Source of the DNA: Candidatus Nanopelagicales bacterium
GTDB taxonomy: Bacteria; Actinomycetota; Actinomycetes; S36-B12
NCBI GenBank assembly: GCA_044374195.1
Contig: JBILOY010000001.1
Location: forward strand, 949-64,948
Length of the DNA: 64,000 bases
Direction of reading: 5' to 3'
Positions within the stretch are counted from its first letter, which is position 1; each line of letters starts with the position of its first letter. The position numbers and the translations under genes were made by a program. This document shows, piece by piece, positions 59,727 to 64,000 of the stretch. The notes under the pieces are model-generated. The model did no database searches, had not been told where the DNA came from, and was given only the letters and a program-made list of their open reading frames with translations.

Positions 59727-60461
59727 TTACGGGGCGACGCGGCCATTCTTGATGAATGCGGCGTGGGTCAGCGGCATGTGCTCGGCCCACAGGTCCTCGT
59801 AGCGCTCAGCCACCATCTCGATCTCGCGCTGCGGGTACGACGGGAAGTGCGAACCTTCGGCCTTGCGGCGCAGGGACAAGAAGTTCATCAGCGCACGGGC
59901 GTTCATGGTGACGTAGGCCGCGGAGTAGATCGAGACAGGTAGCACCATGCGAGCGACCTCGCGGGCGATTCCGGCATCGAGCATCTGCTGGTAGGCGTCA
60001 TAAGACTTCGCGCAGGCGCTCTTCATCTGGTCGTCGATGAGGTCGTACTGCTCATCGGTACCTGGAAGGAACTCATACGCACCCGTCTTACCGACCTGAA
60101 TGAGCGCACGCTCTCGGTTGGGCACGTAGAACACCGGCTCAAGCTGACGGTAGCGACCTGACTCTTCGTTGTAGCTGGCGATGCGGTGGCGCATGTGCTC
60201 GCGCCAGACGAAAATCGGGGCCTGGACGAAGAAGGTCATCGAGGTGTGCTCGAAGGGGCTGCCGTGGCGCTCGCGCATCAGGTAGTTGATGAGCCCGACA
60301 GCGGCCGCGGGGTCAGCATTGACATCTTCGAGTGACTGCTCACCGGCGGTCGAGACGCGAGCCGCGAATACCACGTCGGCATCGCTCGCGCTGGCACGCA
60401 CGAGTTCGACGGTCACATCACTGCGGAAGGTGATTTCGTTCTGGTCGGTAGCGTCACTCAC
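59727..60461 (-). CDS. thyX: FAD-dependent thymidylate synthase
   Basis: The ThyX motif RHRIASYNEESGRY (RHR..S.N..S.RY) is present. Confidence 0.95.
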   Translation of the reverse strand: MSDATDQNEITFRSDVTVELVRASASDADVVFAARVSTAGEQSLEDVNADPAAAVGLINYLMRERHGSPFEHTSMTFFVQAPIFVWREHMRHRIASYNEESGRYRQLEPVFYVPNRERALIQVGKTGAYEFLPGTDEQYDLIDDQMKSACAKSYDAYQQMLDAGIAREVARMVLPVSIYSAAYVTMNARALMNFLSLRRKAEGSHFPSYPQREIEMVAERYEDLWAEHMPLTHAAFIKNGRVAP

Positions 60462-60555
60462 CCGTGAATCCTATCGAGGAAGGGCTCGTGAGCTTGCTGC
60501 GGCGCGAGCACTCTCCCCCGCAGCGTGAAAGAACTCGCTGCGGCAGACTGGTCCC

Positions 60556-61104
60556 ATGTCTTCCTCCGGTGCACGCCTTGCCAGAACTCCCGATGTCGAT
60601 GACATCGCCCGCATTCAGGTAGCTGCCTGGCGTTCCGCCTCACTTCTTCCCGAGGCCGCCCTTGACGCCCTCGAAGCCGATGACCTATCGATGGTGTGGG
60701 CAGGTGCGATCTTGAACCCCCCGACACCCGGTCACCAGTTGCTCGTCGCTGTCGACGGCGTTCCGGGCGAGGTTGTCGGCTACGCGGCCGTTGGCCCGTG
60801 CGCTGACCCGGATGCCGACGCTGTCACCGGCGAATTGCTGGCCCTGGAAATCGACCCGGCACTCACCCGGCAAGGTCACGGCTCGAGATTGATGGCCGCC
60901 GCTGCTGATCATGCGCGCGCCGCGGGCATCTCTACCTGGGTGACCTGGTGCCCGCTGGCCGACGAGGCCCGTCGAGCGTTCTTGCAGGCAGCAGGCTGGG
61001 GGCCAGATAGTGCCTACCGCGATATCCAGGTCGGCTGGGACGGCGACGAGCCCGTGGTGGTACGCGAGGTGCGCATGGTCACTGACCTCTCATCGGAGGC
61101 CTAA
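60556..61104 (+). CDS. GNAT family N-acetyltransferase
   Basis: An acetyl-CoA-binding motif A-like segment (LEIDPALTRQGHGSRLMAAAADHARAAG) is present. Confidence 0.75.
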   Translation: MSSSGARLARTPDVDDIARIQVAAWRSASLLPEAALDALEADDLSMVWAGAILNPPTPGHQLLVAVDGVPGEVVGYAAVGPCADPDADAVTGELLALEIDPALTRQGHGSRLMAAAADHARAAGISTWVTWCPLADEARRAFLQAAGWGPDSAYRDIQVGWDGDEPVVVREVRMVTDLSSEA

Positions 61105-61113
61105 AACACGAAA

Positions 61114-61137
61114 CTCCACCGCATCACTGCGATGGAG
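61114..61137 (+). terminator. hairpin just after the GNAT stop
   Basis: ctccaccgca-tcac-tgcgatggag is a 10-bp stem with one mismatch. It has no U-tract. Confidence 0.4.
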
Positions 61138-61334
61138 CTCCTGAACGTGTGCTCGTGTGCCGGCAAATCCCCCGTGCCCGCCGGACCACTATCGTCCCCA
61201 ATTCTCAGGGCTCGATTCACCGTTCCGTGTCCCCCTCTGTGGGGAATAGAACAAAAGCCTAGCAGTCGGGCTCTAGCAGGCGATCGCGGCGATATACGAG
61301 TGGAGTGATGTGCAAGACCAGCGCCCCGCAGGTG

Positions 61335-62105
<771 letters not shown>

Positions 62106-63446
62106 CTACGCCATGGCCGAGAAGCGCGTGGACTCGCTGAAGGGGCCAATCAAGGCCAGGGAGGGATCAGTGTCAAACAGGTCGCTGGCCAGCTCGCGAA
62201 TGTCGTCGGAGGTAACCTCATCTACTCGATCGAGCAATTGACCGATGCTGAGCAGGGGTTCTTGGTGCAACTCGGACTTCGCGATGCGTGTCATGCGCGC
62301 ACCCGTATCCTCCTGGCCGAGCACCGTGGCCCCGCGTACCTGACCCTTGGCCCGGCGGATCTCGTCGTCGGTCAGACCGTCGGTAACGAGCGCAGCGAGC
62401 TCATCACGGCAGACCTGCAGCACAGACTCGACCTTGCCCGGCAGGCAGCCGACATAGATACCGAACATGCCGTTGTCGGCATAGCTCTGCGAGTACGAGT
62501 ACACCGAGTAGGCCATGCCGCGCTTCTCGCGGATCTCCTGGAAGAGCCGACTGCTCATGCCACCGCCGAAGGCAGTTGAAAGCACGCTCATCGCGTACCG
62601 ACGCCTATCACCGCGCGCCAGGCCCGGCATGCCCATGACGAGATGCGCCTGCTCGGTCGGACGCTCGACAATGCGAATGCCCGTTGCCGATCCGCGCGAG
62701 TTGCCGCCCTTGCGCACCGGCGCAATCTCAGCGGAGTCGTCGAGTACCGGCGCGAAGGCCTTGCGGACGAGCTTCACGACTGTGTCGTGATCAAGTGAGC
62801 CGGCGACTGAGACAACCATCGAGGACGGCTTGTAGCGCGAGCGGTAGAAGCGATTGATCGAGGCACGCGGAATGGCTTCGATGGTGTCTGTAGTGCCGAG
62901 AATCGGGCGGCCGAGCGGCGAGTCGCCAAAAAGTACTGAGGCGAACTCATCGTGCACGACATCACTCGGGTCATCGTCATGCATGGCGATCTCCTCGAGG
63001 ATCACGCCACGCTCGGACTCGACGTCAGCGGCGCGAATGAGCGCATCGGTGACGACATCGCTGACAACCTCAATGGCCAGCGGAAGATCGTTATCGAGCA
63101 CGCGTGCGTAGTAGCACGTGTACTCCTTGGTGGTGAAGGCATTCAGATCGCCGCCGACCGCTTCGATCGACGCGGAGATCTCCAACGCATCGCGCTGGTG
63201 CGTGCCCTTGAAGAGCAGATGCTCGAGGTAGTGGGCCGAGCCCATCGTGGCTGGAGTCTCATCGCGTGAGCCGACGCCTACCCAAACCCCGAAGGCCACC
63301 GAGCGAACGCCCGGCACCTGCTCGGTGATGATGCGCAAACCGCCAGGGAGGACGGTACGGCGGACTAAGCCGCCGTCGCCCTCCCTGAGCAGTGTGCGTG
63401 TAGTTGTCTTCGGCCGTGAAGCCGTAAACGCAGAACTCTTAGCCAT
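62106..63446 (-). CDS. M16 family (pitrilysin-like) zinc metallopeptidase
   Basis: The inverted zinc motif [11 protein letters not shown] (HxxEH) is present. The position between pnp and dapB is conserved in actinobacteria. Confidence 0.9.
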   Translation of the reverse strand: MAKSSAFTASRPKTTTRTLLREGDGGLVRRTVLPGGLRIITEQVPGVRSVAFGVWVGVGSRDETPATMGSAHYLEHLLFKGTHQRDALEISASIEAVGGDLNAFTTKEYTCYYARVLDNDLPLAIEVVSDVVTDALIRAADVESERGVILEEIAMHDDDPSDVVHDEFASVLFGDSPLGRPILGTTDTIEAIPRASINRFYRSRYKPSSMVVSVAGSLDHDTVVKLVRKAFAPVLDDSAEIAPVRKGGNSRGSATGIRIVERPTEQAHLVMGMPGLARGDRRRYAMSVLSTAFGGGMSSRLFQEIREKRGMAYSVYSYSQSYADNGMFGIYVGCLPGKVESVLQVCRDELAALVTDGLTDDEIRRAKGQVRGATVLGQEDTGARMTRIAKSELHQEPLLSIGQLLDRVDEVTSDDIRELASDLFDTDPSLALIGPFSESTRFSAMA

Positions 63447-64000
63447 TGGTGACGGCAGATTCCTCGACGACCGGGATCAGCGAGAGCTTGCCGCGCGGAT
63501 CGATTTCCTTGATCTCGACCTGAATCTTGTCGCCGACCTTGAGTACATCTTCGACGTTCTCCACGCGCTTGCCACCGGCAAGCTTCTTGACCTCGGAGAT
63601 GTGCAGCAGTCCGTCCTTGCCCGGCATGAGGGAGACGAAGGCGCCGAAGGCAGCCGTCTTGACGACGGTTCCCAAGAAGCGCTCGCCCACCTCGGGCATG
63701 GTCGGGTTGGCAATCTGGTTGATCGCAGTACGGGCAGCCTCGGCCGAGGGGCCATCGGTTGCGCCGATGTAGACAGTGCCGTCATCTTCGATCGAGATGT
63801 CAGCGCCGGTCTCTTCCTGGATCTGGTTGATGATCTTGCCCTTGGGGCCGATAACCTCACCGATCTTGTCGACGGGGATCTTCACCGCAATGACGCGAGG
63901 CGCAGTTGCCGCCATCTCGTCGGGTGCGTCGATGGCCTCGTTCATGACCTCGAGGATCGTGAAGCGAGCATCGCGTGCCTGCTGCAGTGCGCCGGCCAGG
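63439..64000 (-). CDS. pnp: polyribonucleotide nucleotidyltransferase (PNPase), C-terminal KH and S1 domains. The 5' part lies outside the window.
   Basis: The KH segment ([26 protein letters not shown]) and the S1 segment ([26 protein letters not shown]) are present. The frame stays open to the window edge (…[17 protein letters not shown]). Confidence 0.9.
   Translation of the reverse strand, partial: LAGALQQARDARFTILEVMNEAIDAPDEMAATAPRVIAVKIPVDKIGEVIGPKGKIINQIQEETGADISIEDDGTVYIGATDGPSAEAARTAINQIANPTMPEVGERFLGTVVKTAAFGAFVSLMPGKDGLLHISEVKKLAGGKRVENVEDVLKVGDKIQVEIKEIDPRGKLSLIPVVEESAVTNG

Noticed and set aside
61160-61250. The C-rich hairpins considered as a bona fide 6C RNA.
   Set aside because: The C-runs are only 4-5 nt and are partly buried in stems. 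I cannot reproduce the two-hairpin 6C architecture with confidence, so it is reported only as an unclassified candidate sRNA region.

Overview
This 64-kb window looks like conserved core chromosome from a high-GC Gram-positive bacterium (Actinomycetota). GC is roughly 60-66% by hand counts of individual lines. I call 59 protein-coding genes, two of them cut by the window edges, and most lie on the minus strand. The gene order is the classic actinobacterial housekeeping string. It runs DUF4193, sepH-like, parC ... parE, principal sigma factor, metY-metX behind a SAM-IV riboswitch, and ppdK. It continues with nrdR-nrdJ, LysM/lexA (divergent, with SOS boxes), dinG-like/hflX/dapF, and miaB-miaA. 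It ends with recA-recX, DUF3046, clgR, cinA, pgsA, rimO, ftsK, dapA-rnj, thyX, dapB, an M16 peptidase and pnp. I found no rRNA, tRNA, CRISPR array, transposase, integrase or prophage genes. Many long ORFs in the six-frame track are antisense shadow ORFs or spurious N-terminal extensions typical of high-GC DNA, and I re-set several starts on that basis. I do not see a convincing multi-gene novel system. The observations most worth a second look are: (1) a ~1.1-kb low-GC islet with an unrecognised, internally duplicated 8-TM membrane protein just upstream of miaB; (2) a sepH-like gene whose conserved block starts upstream of its first ATG, where no canonical start codon exists; (3) a sulfotransferase-like gene inserted into the conserved DUF3046-recA string; (4) a back-to-back GT4 / PIG-L deacetylase pair with almost no intergenic DNA; and (5) several cis-elements, namely a triple LexA box, paired NrdR boxes, a phased heptamer repeat, a 21-bp duplication of the ppdK 3' end, and a structured C-rich convergent spacer. 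All functional calls rest on my recognition of translated sequences and motifs, because no database search was possible.
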